Part shown: positions 30,082 through 41,355 of the stretch, in pieces
How the letters are laid out: each line of letters opens with the position of its first letter
Numbering within the stretch: position 1 is the first letter of the stretch
From: a bacterium
Lineage (GTDB): Bacteria; JAMCPX01; DATBWZ01
Direction of reading: 5' to 3'
DNA length: 64,000 bases
NCBI GenBank assembly: GCA_036514535.1
Contig: DATBWZ010000039.1
Coordinates: forward strand, 5,919 to 69,918
Translations under genes and position numbers: made by a program
The notes under the pieces: generated by a model
What the model was told of the DNA's origin: nothing
Database searches by the model: none
Seen by the model: only the letters and a program-made list of their open reading frames with translations

Positions 30082-31503
30082 TTAACCTATCTTTTTTCTT
30101 TCTCTTGCTGGATGAATTCCAAGTTTTTCCCTGTATTTTACCACTGTCCTTCTTGCAATATTGAATCCTATCTTTTTTAATTCTTCCATAATTTTCTCAT
30201 CTGTAAACGGGACCATGTGATTCTCCATTGAAATTATATTTGCAATTTTTGTTTTTAGCAATTCAGAAGATACATTTCCTCTGTCCGATGTATGTATGGA
30301 GGATGAAAAGAAATACTTCATTTCAAAAATTCCCTGCGGGGTATCCATGTATTTGCCCGTACAGGCTCTGCTTACAGTTGATTCGTGAAGATTAACGTTA
30401 TAAGCGATTTCCCTTAAAATAAGCGGTTTCAGATATTCAATTCCTTTGTCAAGAAATTCATGCTGGTATTTCACTATGCTCCTTGCAACAATAAGGATGC
30501 TCTGATTGCGTTTATGAATTCCACCTATAAGCCATATAGCGGATCTCATCCTGTCGTTTATATAGTTTCTAACTTCAGGTTTTATATCGGTTTTTGCTGT
30601 GAGATTGCTGTAATATCTGTTTATTTTTAAATGTGGCGTACCTTCTTCATTGAGAAAAGTGTGGTATTCGTTATCAATTTTTTTAACAATGACATCCGGG
30701 ATAATAGTAGGCGGTTCAATAGACGACAGACTTCTCCCTGGTTTTGGGTCAAGGGTCATTATTATTTTTAAGGCATCCATTACCAACTCTTCTTTGATCT
30801 TAAGTTTTTTTGCTATGATTTTGAATTTTTTAGCCTCAATTTCCTTCATGTATCCATTGAGTATGTCTTCTATAAGACTATTATGCAGGCCTTTATTATG
30901 CAGTTGTATTAGGAGACATTCTTTCATATCCCTTGCACCAATCCCTGCTGGTTCAAATTGGTGTATTTTTTTAAGAACATTTTCAATCTCGGATAATTTG
31001 TAGTCGGATGACTCTGCCAACTCTTCCAGTGGGGTGCCTAAGTAACCGTTTTCATCTATATTGCCTATTATAAGTGTTCCAATTTGTTTTTCCTCTTCGG
31101 AAAATTCACCCTGGCTCAGTTGGCATATAAGATTTTCGTAAAGCGACACCTGTCCTTTTATATCAGGTGATCCTTTAAAAAACTTGTCCGGAGACCCATA
31201 CACAGTGAAATCATCCCTGTTGTCTGATATTATTTTTTGTAACGTTTCAGAGATTTTTGAGTTTTCTTCATGGGGTTTCTCTGAGTCCTTAGCAGTTGGC
31301 TGAGACGGGTCTAAATTGGCAGAAAGGATGTCCTGCTGTTCGCTTTCCGGGGCCGCCTCTTCAATGATTGGATTGGCCTTCAGCGCTTCGGCTACAAGTT
31401 CAAGAAGTTCTGCCCTTGTGATTTGCAACAATTTAATTGCCTGCTGAAGCTGCGGCGTCATCAGCAGTTGCTGTGAAATTTTTAATGTCTGTTTAAGTTC
31501 CAT
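30082..31503 (-). CDS. rpoN: RNA polymerase sigma-54 factor.
   Basis: Gln/Leu-rich N-terminus and C-terminal RpoN box ARRTVVKYREKLG. 473 aa. Confidence 0.95.
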   Translation of the reverse strand: MELKQTLKISQQLLMTPQLQQAIKLLQITRAELLELVAEALKANPIIEEAAPESEQQDILSANLDPSQPTAKDSEKPHEENSKISETLQKIISDNRDDFTVYGSPDKFFKGSPDIKGQVSLYENLICQLSQGEFSEEEKQIGTLIIGNIDENGYLGTPLEELAESSDYKLSEIENVLKKIHQFEPAGIGARDMKECLLIQLHNKGLHNSLIEDILNGYMKEIEAKKFKIIAKKLKIKEELVMDALKIIMTLDPKPGRSLSSIEPPTIIPDVIVKKIDNEYHTFLNEEGTPHLKINRYYSNLTAKTDIKPEVRNYINDRMRSAIWLIGGIHKRNQSILIVARSIVKYQHEFLDKGIEYLKPLILREIAYNVNLHESTVSRACTGKYMDTPQGIFEMKYFFSSSIHTSDRGNVSSELLKTKIANIISMENHMVPFTDEKIMEELKKIGFNIARRTVVKYREKLGIHPARERKKIG

Positions 31504-31512
31504 ATTCGTATC

Positions 31513-32241
31513 TCAGATTTTAAAATCGGTTCCCAGATAATGCTCTTTTACCTTTTCATTATGCAGTAAATAATCAGGAACTCCTTCAGCAAGGATCTTT
31601 CCGTCATTTATTATGTATGCTCTGTCGCATATAGAAAGAGTTTCACGGACGTTATGGTCAGAAATAATTACCCCGATATTTTTATTTTTGAGATTTGTAA
31701 TTATTTTCTTTATCTCGGATACCGCAATGGGATCAACCCCGGTGAATGGTTCATCCAGCAGCAAAAATGCAGGCGATACAGAAAGCGCTCTGGCTATTTC
31801 AAGTCTTCGCCGTTCTCCTCCGGATAAAGTGTATGCTTTTTGATATGAGAGATCCTTAAGATCCAGTTCATCCTGCAGTTGTTTAATAACCCGTTCAATT
31901 TCGCTGTTGTTCATTCCTGTCGCTTCAAGGACAACCTGAATATTTTCCCTTACGGACATCTTTTTAAAAACAGATGTATCCTGAGGAAGATAGGTTATGC
32001 CATACCTTGCTCTTTGAAAAACGGGCTTATCGGTCATATCCTTATTATCAAGGAAAATTTTCCCTCCATCCGGTTTGTACATGCCGGCGATCATAAAAAA
32101 TGTTGTTGTTTTCCCTGCTCCGTTTGGGCCCAGCAGCCCCACGATTTCACCGTTCATAACGCTAATGGAAAGCCCATCAACAATTTTTCTTCCGTTGAAA
32201 AACTTGCTTAAGCTTTTTGCCTCAATCTTTCTTAGATTCAT
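31513..32241 (-). CDS. lptB: LPS export ABC transporter ATPase.
   Basis: Walker A GLLGPNGAGKTT and LSGGERRRLEIARAL signature. 242 aa. Immediately upstream of rpoN. Confidence 0.92.
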   Translation of the reverse strand: MNLRKIEAKSLSKFFNGRKIVDGLSISVMNGEIVGLLGPNGAGKTTTFFMIAGMYKPDGGKIFLDNKDMTDKPVFQRARYGITYLPQDTSVFKKMSVRENIQVVLEATGMNNSEIERVIKQLQDELDLKDLSYQKAYTLSGGERRRLEIARALSVSPAFLLLDEPFTGVDPIAVSEIKKIITNLKNKNIGVIISDHNVRETLSICDRAYIINDGKILAEGVPDYLLHNEKVKEHYLGTDFKI

Positions 32242-32704
32242 TTTTCCATTCCCTCGATCTGATGCTCGCAGTTGCTTTTTTGACTGTAAAGCTGTCCTGA
32301 TCTATATAATAGATGATCTCTTCGCCTTCAAGTATGTCGTCGCCCGTCCATATGCGTGGGTTGTTTTTAAACATTATCAACCTCTTGATGTTATCAAAAA
32401 ATATTTCCCCGCTGGTAGCCACTTTGTCTTTTTCTATTATTTTTACAGAACCGGTTGCTTCAATTGAATTAATTTCTTCTCCGCTTTTTCCGTAATTTGC
32501 CGTCAATTTGTCCGCGTATATCTGCATGTCCCCCTGTTGCGCCATAACCTTTCCGCTGAAGACTATTTTGTGTTCTTTTCTTTTTACCTCCATTATATCA
32601 GATTTAATGTGAACCGGGATTGGAGTTGCCGAATAGATTATACTCACTGAAATTCCGAAAAATATAATGCCGGCTATAGTAATTGTTTTTATAATACCCT
32701 TCAT
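32222..32704 (-). CDS. lptA: LPS transport periplasmic protein LptA (OstA-like).
   Basis: Signal peptide. OstA-like beta-jellyroll length (160 aa). Position between lptC and lptB. Confidence 0.75.
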   Translation of the reverse strand: MKGIIKTITIAGIIFFGISVSIIYSATPIPVHIKSDIMEVKRKEHKIVFSGKVMAQQGDMQIYADKLTANYGKSGEEINSIEATGSVKIIEKDKVATSGEIFFDNIKRLIMFKNNPRIWTGDDILEGEEIIYYIDQDSFTVKKATASIRSREWKNESKKD

Positions 32705-33261
32705 TTTTCCATTTGCTTGCTTATGACGGCGTCCACATCCCCGATAAAAGAAATGATTCCGTTTGAGAGGTTCAGATCCATGGATGAAGCGGTTACGACA
32801 GCGTTTCTTGATATTAGTTTAACCTTATCATTGGAATAAGATTTGTTTCCCTTTATGTCAAAATAAATTGATTCGGCAAAGACCTGTGTTCCGTCGTCCA
32901 TTTCACCGTACGCCCCATTTCCCAGGTAAATTGTATTGCCTCTGTCTGAGATTTTGCCATCCTTGCTCTTCACAGAAAATACCCCTTCATTTTTTAACAA
33001 TATTTTACCCTTGATATTTTCAATAACGCCTTCACCGGAATCAATCACAAATGTTCCGCTGTCCGCTGAGATTGTAAAAAGCAGCGTGCTTCCTTCCATC
33101 TCTTTGTACTCCAGTCCTTTCATGTATATGCTTTCTCCTTCTGGAAGATTCGTATAATTGGGAATAACTGGATTCTGAATTTGACTATTCCATATAATGA
33201 GCCAGAGAAGAACAAAAGCAAAAACTGTAATGATTATTATTATCTTAATAAATTCGTTCAT
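32701..33261 (-). CDS. lptC: LPS export protein LptC.
   Basis: Single N-terminal TM anchor. 186 aa. Operon position upstream of lptA/lptB. Confidence 0.7.
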   Translation of the reverse strand: MNEFIKIIIIITVFAFVLLWLIIWNSQIQNPVIPNYTNLPEGESIYMKGLEYKEMEGSTLLFTISADSGTFVIDSGEGVIENIKGKILLKNEGVFSVKSKDGKISDRGNTIYLGNGAYGEMDDGTQVFAESIYFDIKGNKSYSNDKVKLISRNAVVTASSMDLNLSNGIISFIGDVDAVISKQMEK

Positions 33262-33316
33262 TTAATAATATAATATCATGAGTGGGGTATTATGCAAATT
33301 ATTTCAGGCAGAGTGC

Positions 33317-33343
33317 TTGACATGAGTTCATGCGTGTTATAAT
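33317..33343 (+). promoter_or_regulatory. Candidate promoter for kdsB (TTGACA-15 nt-gTGtTATAAT, extended -10).
   Basis: Read in the 165-nt divergent region between lptC and kdsB. Confidence 0.4.
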
Positions 33344-33425
33344 ATTCTTGAAGAGATGGCGCTCTTTGCAACCCAAAAAAATCCATTTTTTTGTGGGAGG
33401 CTAATCGGGCGTTGTCCCGGAAAAG

Positions 33426-35778
<2,353 letters not shown>

Positions 35779-35786
35779 TGATATCT

Positions 35787-36614
35787 ATGGGCAATTTTTT
35801 TCTAATAGAAAAATTAAGAATCGGAATGCAGAAGAATTTCCTGCTTATTGCTGGTCCCTGCGTAATAGAATCAGAAATAATGACCATGAAGATTGCAGAA
35901 TATTTAAAGAAGACATGCTCAGAAGCGAAAATATCTCTGATTTTTAAAGCTTCTTACGATAAAGCAAATAGAACATCAATCCGTTCTTTCAGGGGACCCG
36001 GAATCAAACAAGGATTAAAAATTCTAAGCAAGGTAAAGGCGGAATTCAGAGTGCCTGTTCTGACAGATGTACACTGCAGGGAAGAGGTTGACAAGGTTGC
36101 AGAAATTGTTGATATTTTGCAGATACCGGCTTACTTATGCAGGCAGACAGATCTTCTTGTTGCTGCCGGCAAAACAGGAAAACCGGTAAATGTGAAAAAA
36201 GGACAATTTCTATCCCCCTGGGATATGCAGCATATTGTGGCAAAGATAGAAAGCACAGGAAATAAAAAAATAATGCTTACAGAAAGGGGAACTATTTTTG
36301 GCTATAACAATCTGGTTTCTGATCTCAGGTCATTGGTAATAATGAAGAAAACCGGCTATCCTGTAATTTTTGATGCTACGCACAGTGTCCAGATTCCGGG
36401 TGGAAATCTAAACACTTCTGGTGGAAATGCAGAATACATTGAATCTCTATCAATGGCTGCTGTTGCCGTTGGCATTGATGGTTTATTCATGGAGGTTCAT
36501 CCTCATCCTGAAAAAGCCCTGTCCGATGGGATGAACTCTTTGAAACTTGACAGATTGCCGCATTTTTTAAAGATCTTAAAATCTATTATCATTGTGGTAA
36601 GGAAGAATGGCTGA
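35787..36614 (+). CDS. kdsA: 3-deoxy-8-phosphooctulonate (KDO-8-P) synthase.
   Basis: LLIAGPCVIES and KASYDKANRTS motifs. The ORF-track start at 35778 is a GTG overlapping the pyrG stop. The ATG at 35787 is preferred, but either is possible. Confidence 0.9.
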   Translation: MGNFFLIEKLRIGMQKNFLLIAGPCVIESEIMTMKIAEYLKKTCSEAKISLIFKASYDKANRTSIRSFRGPGIKQGLKILSKVKAEFRVPVLTDVHCREEVDKVAEIVDILQIPAYLCRQTDLLVAAGKTGKPVNVKKGQFLSPWDMQHIVAKIESTGNKKIMLTERGTIFGYNNLVSDLRSLVIMKKTGYPVIFDATHSVQIPGGNLNTSGGNAEYIESLSMAAVAVGIDGLFMEVHPHPEKALSDGMNSLKLDRLPHFLKILKSIIIVVRKNG

Positions 36615-37584
36615 TAAGGATCCCATAAGCATAGCAAAAAGGGTGCTTAGAATTGAATCAGAAGCCGTCCGGGATTTAGAGCGCCGGATCAATAAGGAGT
36701 TCTCCAGGGCAGTGGATGTCATATACAACTGTAAAGGAAAGGTGGTTATCACCGGCATGGGAAAATCAGGGCTGATAGGCCAGAAGATTGCCTCCACCTT
36801 TTCAAGCACTGGGACACCAGCGTTTTTTTTACATCCTGCAGAGGGGATTCACGGGGATCTTGGGATACTTTCAAGAAACGATATTGTAATAGCAATTTCC
36901 AACAGCGGCGAGACAGAAGAAGTGGCAAAGATTATTCCTATTATTAAAAGGCTTGGTATAAAGCTGATAGCCATAACCGGCAGTACAAAATCAACCCTTG
37001 CAAAGGTTGCTGACATTATTATTGATGTCGGGGTAAAAGAGGAAGCGTGCCCGTTAAACCTTGTTCCGACAGCAAGCACCACTGCTGCGCTGGCACTCGG
37101 TGATGCTCTTGCTGTAAGCCTTCTGGATAAGAGAGGCTTCAGAGAAGAGGATTTTGCCCTTATCCATCCCGGAGGAATGCTGGGAAGAAAGCTTATATTG
37201 CGGGTAGAGGATGTGATGCATGCCGGCGATAAGATGCCAATTGTTAAGTCTGATACCGGCATGAAAGAGATCCTGATTGAAATGACTTCAAAGAGGTTTG
37301 GTATTACCGGTGTTGTAAACAATAAGGGTGAATTAATCGGTGTAATTACTGATGGGGATCTGCGGCGGTCGCTGGAAATGCATCCGGATATTATGAAAAA
37401 AAAGGCTTCAGAAATAATGACCAGCGGCCCTAAAAAAATAGAAAAAAGCGCTCTTGCAGTGAAGGCATTGAAGTTTATGGAAGATTATGCTATAACCTGT
37501 CTTTTTGTGTACGATAATGGAAAGGAACATGTGCCCGTGGGTGTGCTTCACCTTCATGATCTTCTGAGAGTCGGTGCGGTATGA
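36607..37584 (+). CDS. kdsD: Arabinose-5-phosphate isomerase (KdsD/KpsF; SIS plus tandem CBS domains).
   Basis: SIS motif VVITGMGKSG and C-terminal CBS pair. 325 aa. Confidence 0.9.
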   Translation: MADKDPISIAKRVLRIESEAVRDLERRINKEFSRAVDVIYNCKGKVVITGMGKSGLIGQKIASTFSSTGTPAFFLHPAEGIHGDLGILSRNDIVIAISNSGETEEVAKIIPIIKRLGIKLIAITGSTKSTLAKVADIIIDVGVKEEACPLNLVPTASTTAALALGDALAVSLLDKRGFREEDFALIHPGGMLGRKLILRVEDVMHAGDKMPIVKSDTGMKEILIEMTSKRFGITGVVNNKGELIGVITDGDLRRSLEMHPDIMKKKASEIMTSGPKKIEKSALAVKALKFMEDYAITCLFVYDNGKEHVPVGVLHLHDLLRVGAV

Positions 37585-38120
37585 AAACAGGAATTAACAA
37601 TCTCAAGGCAAGAAAGATAAAATTGCTCCTGCTGGATGTTGATGGCGTGCTGACAGATGGCGGTCTAATTTTTTCCGATAAAGGAATTGAGTCAAAAACC
37701 TTCAATGTGCGGGACGGACACGGAATAGTCATGCTGCTCAATGCCGGTATTCCCACCATATTTATTACCGGAAGAAAATCAAAGGCGGTTCTTTACAGGG
37801 CGAAGGACCTGAGCGTAAAAGAGGTCTATCAGAATACTTTTGACAAAGTCAAGGTTCTTAAGAAAATACTGAGTCGCTATGGATTGAAACCTGAGAATGT
37901 TGCTTACATGGGTGATGATGTGACTGATATTCCCATTCTGAAGAGCGTTGGATTGTCTGCAACGGTAAGCGACGGGGTTGCGGAAGTTAAAAAATTTGTT
38001 AATTTTATTTCAACCAAAAAAGGGGGCAGGGGTGCAGTCAGGGAACTGGCAGAATTTATCCTGAAATCAAAAAAACTGTGGGATAATATAGTGAGCAATG
38101 TGATAAAAAAATATGTATGA
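37581..38120 (+). CDS. kdsC: KDO-8-phosphate phosphatase (HAD family).
   Basis: HAD motif I LLLLDVDGVLTDG. 179 aa. 4-nt overlap with kdsD. Confidence 0.9.
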   Translation: MKTGINNLKARKIKLLLLDVDGVLTDGGLIFSDKGIESKTFNVRDGHGIVMLLNAGIPTIFITGRKSKAVLYRAKDLSVKEVYQNTFDKVKVLKKILSRYGLKPENVAYMGDDVTDIPILKSVGLSATVSDGVAEVKKFVNFISTKKGGRGAVRELAEFILKSKKLWDNIVSNVIKKYV

Positions 38121-39031
38121 ATTTCCGCAAAAAATTAATCAGGGATTTTGTATATTGTTTATTTATCGGAATTTATAAAACTTTTAGACAATTTCCTCTC
38201 TGGATTAATTTAAAACTCGGTTCTTTTTTTGGTATTTTTTGCTTCTACCTGCTGAAGAAGGAACGCAAGCGTTCGCTTGAACACCTCGGGCTTGCTTTTG
38301 GAACTCTGGGTGATAGAGAGAGAATGGCCATTGCCCGTAAAAATTTCAGAAGAATAGGCATTAATATAATGGAAAATATCAGTATGGATAAATCTCTTAG
38401 CATTGGTTCGGAAAGGATCGTGGTAAACGGACTTGAATTCATTAAGGCGGCGCTGGTAAAGGGCAACGGATTGATCTGGGTAACAGGGCATATCGGAAAT
38501 TGGGAGATTATGCCGGCTTACTTTTCCAGTGTGTTGCGGTATCCTGTTTCGGTGATTGCAGCGCCTCTGTATGACGAACGTCTTACCAGGATTATTGTTG
38601 CCTGGCGTGAGAGTTTTGGCGTAAGAACAATCCTGCGGGGCGGGCTGGCATCATATCGCCAAATAAGGGAATGTTTTACGAAAAACAGGATGCTTGGTAT
38701 TCTGATAGATCAGGATACTAAAGTTCCGGGTGTTTTTGTTGATTTTTTTGGAATGAAAGCTTTTACTCCAAGGGGTGCTATGGATCTTGCATTGAGGTTT
38801 AAGGCTCCAATTGTTGTTGGATTTCCGGAACGGATTGATAAATATGAATATAATATAACTATCAGTAATTTTGAGATTGAGGAGTGTGCAGATTATGAGG
38901 AAACGGTGATTAAAAACACACAAAAACTTACCAGGATCATTGAAGACGAAATAAGAAGAAGGCCGGAGGACTGGGTCTGGATGCACCGGAGATGGAAAAG
39001 AAAGATTTCAAAAGATAAGGTATCCTCGTGA
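38117..39031 (+). CDS. Lipid A biosynthesis (KDO)2-lipid IVA acyltransferase family (LpxL/HtrB-like).
   Basis: N-terminal TM. Acyltransferase H(x)4D-like GHIGNWE. 304 aa. Context directly after the kds genes. Confidence 0.8.
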   Translation: MNFRKKLIRDFVYCLFIGIYKTFRQFPLWINLKLGSFFGIFCFYLLKKERKRSLEHLGLAFGTLGDRERMAIARKNFRRIGINIMENISMDKSLSIGSERIVVNGLEFIKAALVKGNGLIWVTGHIGNWEIMPAYFSSVLRYPVSVIAAPLYDERLTRIIVAWRESFGVRTILRGGLASYRQIRECFTKNRMLGILIDQDTKVPGVFVDFFGMKAFTPRGAMDLALRFKAPIVVGFPERIDKYEYNITISNFEIEECADYEETVIKNTQKLTRIIEDEIRRRPEDWVWMHRRWKRKISKDKVSS

Positions 39032-39999
39032 ATTTTATTTTTCTTCTTGCACTTAGCCTTGCCGCACAGACTGTGGAACTCGGCTCTATTGAAAAAATAA
39101 AGGGAGGGGTTTTTGTTATCAGAGATTCCAGCACCTTTTCTGCCAGGCAGAAAGCAAATATTTTTAATGGAGATATCATAAAAACCAGTGGAGACGGTTA
39201 TGCCGGTTTGGTGCTTAAAGACGAAACAAGGGTTGATGTTTTTGAAAATTCCGAGTTTCAAGTCAGTCTTGACAGCGTTCTGCCTGAATCAACGTTGCAG
39301 AAGATTGTGTACAGGGTAGGCATTCTGATTGGCAGGTTGAGGTTTGCTGTTAAGGTAGGGCAGCCCCGATGGATAAATGTTACCACTCCCACATCCGCCC
39401 TTGGCGTAAGGGGGACCGAATTCAATGTACTGACCGGAGCGGATTCCTCTTCGGTAATTGAAATATTTGATGGGGATGTTCTGCTGCTTGCTGACGAAGC
39501 TATGAGTCTTGGTTACGGAAACAGGGCTATGTACGATCTGACCGAAGAAAAATTTGAAATTGAACCCCTGGAGAACAAGTTTGATCATACTGAATGGCTA
39601 TCAAAAAGGGCGACAGAATGGAAGGATAAACGCAGGCATGTTGGGAAAAATCTTAATGACCTTGTTCTGAAAAGGATAGGGGAATTTGATGCTCTGACAG
39701 ATAGCATTTTAAAATCAGCAGATGAAGGCAAGGAGGAAAAAATAAATCAGAGCCTTTCATTATTGGTTCTTTCCGACGATACACTGAAGAACAGTGAGTT
39801 CTTTATGGAGAGGAACAGGATTAGAAACCTTTATAAAAAAAGGCTGGAAGATGTAAGAAAGAGGTGGGCTGAAAGGCGAACACAGGTTGTAGAGCGATTT
39901 GAAAAAAGACGAAAGGAAATAAACGAGCGGTTTAAGGAGAAAAAGAAAGATATTAAAAACGAATTTGAGGAAAAACGAAAGAAACGGAATAAAAACTAA
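39028..39999 (+). CDS. FecR-domain secreted protein with a highly charged (K/R/E-rich) coiled-coil C-terminal tail.
   Basis: Signal peptide MNFIFLLALSLAAQT. FecR-like beta-rich core. C-terminus KKRLEDVRKRWAERR...EEKRKKRNKN. Confidence 0.55.
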   Translation: MNFIFLLALSLAAQTVELGSIEKIKGGVFVIRDSSTFSARQKANIFNGDIIKTSGDGYAGLVLKDETRVDVFENSEFQVSLDSVLPESTLQKIVYRVGILIGRLRFAVKVGQPRWINVTTPTSALGVRGTEFNVLTGADSSSVIEIFDGDVLLLADEAMSLGYGNRAMYDLTEEKFEIEPLENKFDHTEWLSKRATEWKDKRRHVGKNLNDLVLKRIGEFDALTDSILKSADEGKEEKINQSLSLLVLSDDTLKNSEFFMERNRIRNLYKKRLEDVRKRWAERRTQVVERFEKRRKEINERFKEKKKDIKNEFEEKRKKRNKN

Positions 40000-40037
40000 G
40001 AGATATGATATAATTCTAAGAACTTGTAATATAATTT

Positions 40038-40111
40038 GTGCCCGTAGCTCAATTGGATAGAGCATTGGACTCCGGATCCAAAGGCTGGGGGTTCAAATCC
40101 CCCCGGGCACG
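40038..40111 (+). tRNA. tRNA-Arg (anticodon CCG).
   Basis: Hand-folded cloverleaf. 7-bp acceptor GTGCCCG/CGGGCAC, T8A9, D-stem GCTC/GAGC, anticodon stem TTGGA/TCCAA with loop CTCCGGA, T-arm GGGGG-TTCAAAT-CCCCC. Coordinates ±2. Confidence 0.85.
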
Positions 40112-40147
40112 AATAATGAAATTGGTTTGAAATTTTAATATAGACTT

Positions 40148-41308
40148 ATGATATTTACTGAAGAGTCAAAAAGAGAAAAGTGGATCCGAAGATTTTTGAA
40201 AAAAGCAGTCCACTACAATAAAGTTAACATCCTTAGGAACGGCACAGAGGCATTTCCTGTTATGTTAAAATCTATTGAAGATGCAAACGAAACAATAAAT
40301 CTTGAGTTTTATAAAATCCAGAATGATAAAACAGGCTGGGAATTTGCCAGAGCACTTGCAAAAAAACAAGAGGAAGGTTGCAGTGTGAGGGTTATCTATG
40401 ATTCAATGGGATGCATTGACGCTGGAAATGAATTGTTTGACTATCTCAAATTAAATGGTGTGAGGACACTTGAATACCATCCCGTGCTTCCATTTTCATC
40501 CAAACACTGGGGGTGGTGGAAGAGGAATCACCGGAAAATGCTGATAGTTGACGGAAAAATTGCTTTTGTCGGCGGGATTAATCTTACAGATGAGTATTCC
40601 GGTGTAATAGGAGAAGCACAAGGCTGGCGGGATACAGATATAGTTATAATAGGTCCGGCAGTAAGGGATCTGCAGAAACTTTTTCTGTCAACATGGAACA
40701 CAGAGGGGACTGAACCCAGCGACGGCAAGAGATTTTTCCCGGTGATAGAACCTGCGGGAGAAATACCTGTAAGAATACTGGGCAGCAGACGGAGGAAAAA
40801 CAGAAGGATAATCAGAAGGGCATATTTAAATGCAATCAATAATTCGCGGAATATTATCTTTATTGCCAATGCCTATTTTGTTCCGGATAGAGGTATACTC
40901 AGGGCATTGAAAAATGCGAAAAAAAGGGGGGTGGATATCAGGTTAATTTTACCTGCAAAAACAGACATTCCTCCTGTTCGTTATGCCAGTTGCGCTCTTT
41001 ATTCAAGATTTTTAAGATGGGGTGTAAGGATCTTTGAATGGCAGGGAAGCGTCCTTCATGCTAAAACAGCGGTAATTGACGGCATTTGGAGCACTGTAGG
41101 TTCTTTCAATATTGATCGTCGGAGCATTACACATAATCTTGAAGTAAATGTTACAATCTTTAATGAAGCGTTTGGTAAAAAAATGACAGAGATGTTTAAC
41201 GAGGATTTTAAGAATTGTAAAGAGATAGAGTTAAAGAAATGGAAGAGGAGATCTTTGAGCCAGAAATTTTTTGAGAAATTGTTCTACTTGATAAGACACT
41301 GGTTTTAA
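40148..41308 (+). CDS. Phospholipase D-superfamily protein with two HKD motifs (cardiolipin synthase-like, no obvious TM).
   Basis: HKD motifs HRKMLIVDGKIAFVGGINL and HAKTAVIDGIWSTVGSFNID. 386 aa. Confidence 0.8.
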   Translation: MIFTEESKREKWIRRFLKKAVHYNKVNILRNGTEAFPVMLKSIEDANETINLEFYKIQNDKTGWEFARALAKKQEEGCSVRVIYDSMGCIDAGNELFDYLKLNGVRTLEYHPVLPFSSKHWGWWKRNHRKMLIVDGKIAFVGGINLTDEYSGVIGEAQGWRDTDIVIIGPAVRDLQKLFLSTWNTEGTEPSDGKRFFPVIEPAGEIPVRILGSRRRKNRRIIRRAYLNAINNSRNIIFIANAYFVPDRGILRALKNAKKRGVDIRLILPAKTDIPPVRYASCALYSRFLRWGVRIFEWQGSVLHAKTAVIDGIWSTVGSFNIDRRSITHNLEVNVTIFNEAFGKKMTEMFNEDFKNCKEIELKKWKRRSLSQKFFEKLFYLIRHWF

Positions 41309-41355
41309 CTCCAAATATTCTTGAAAAACTTTGAATCATGTATTAAACTCTGAAT

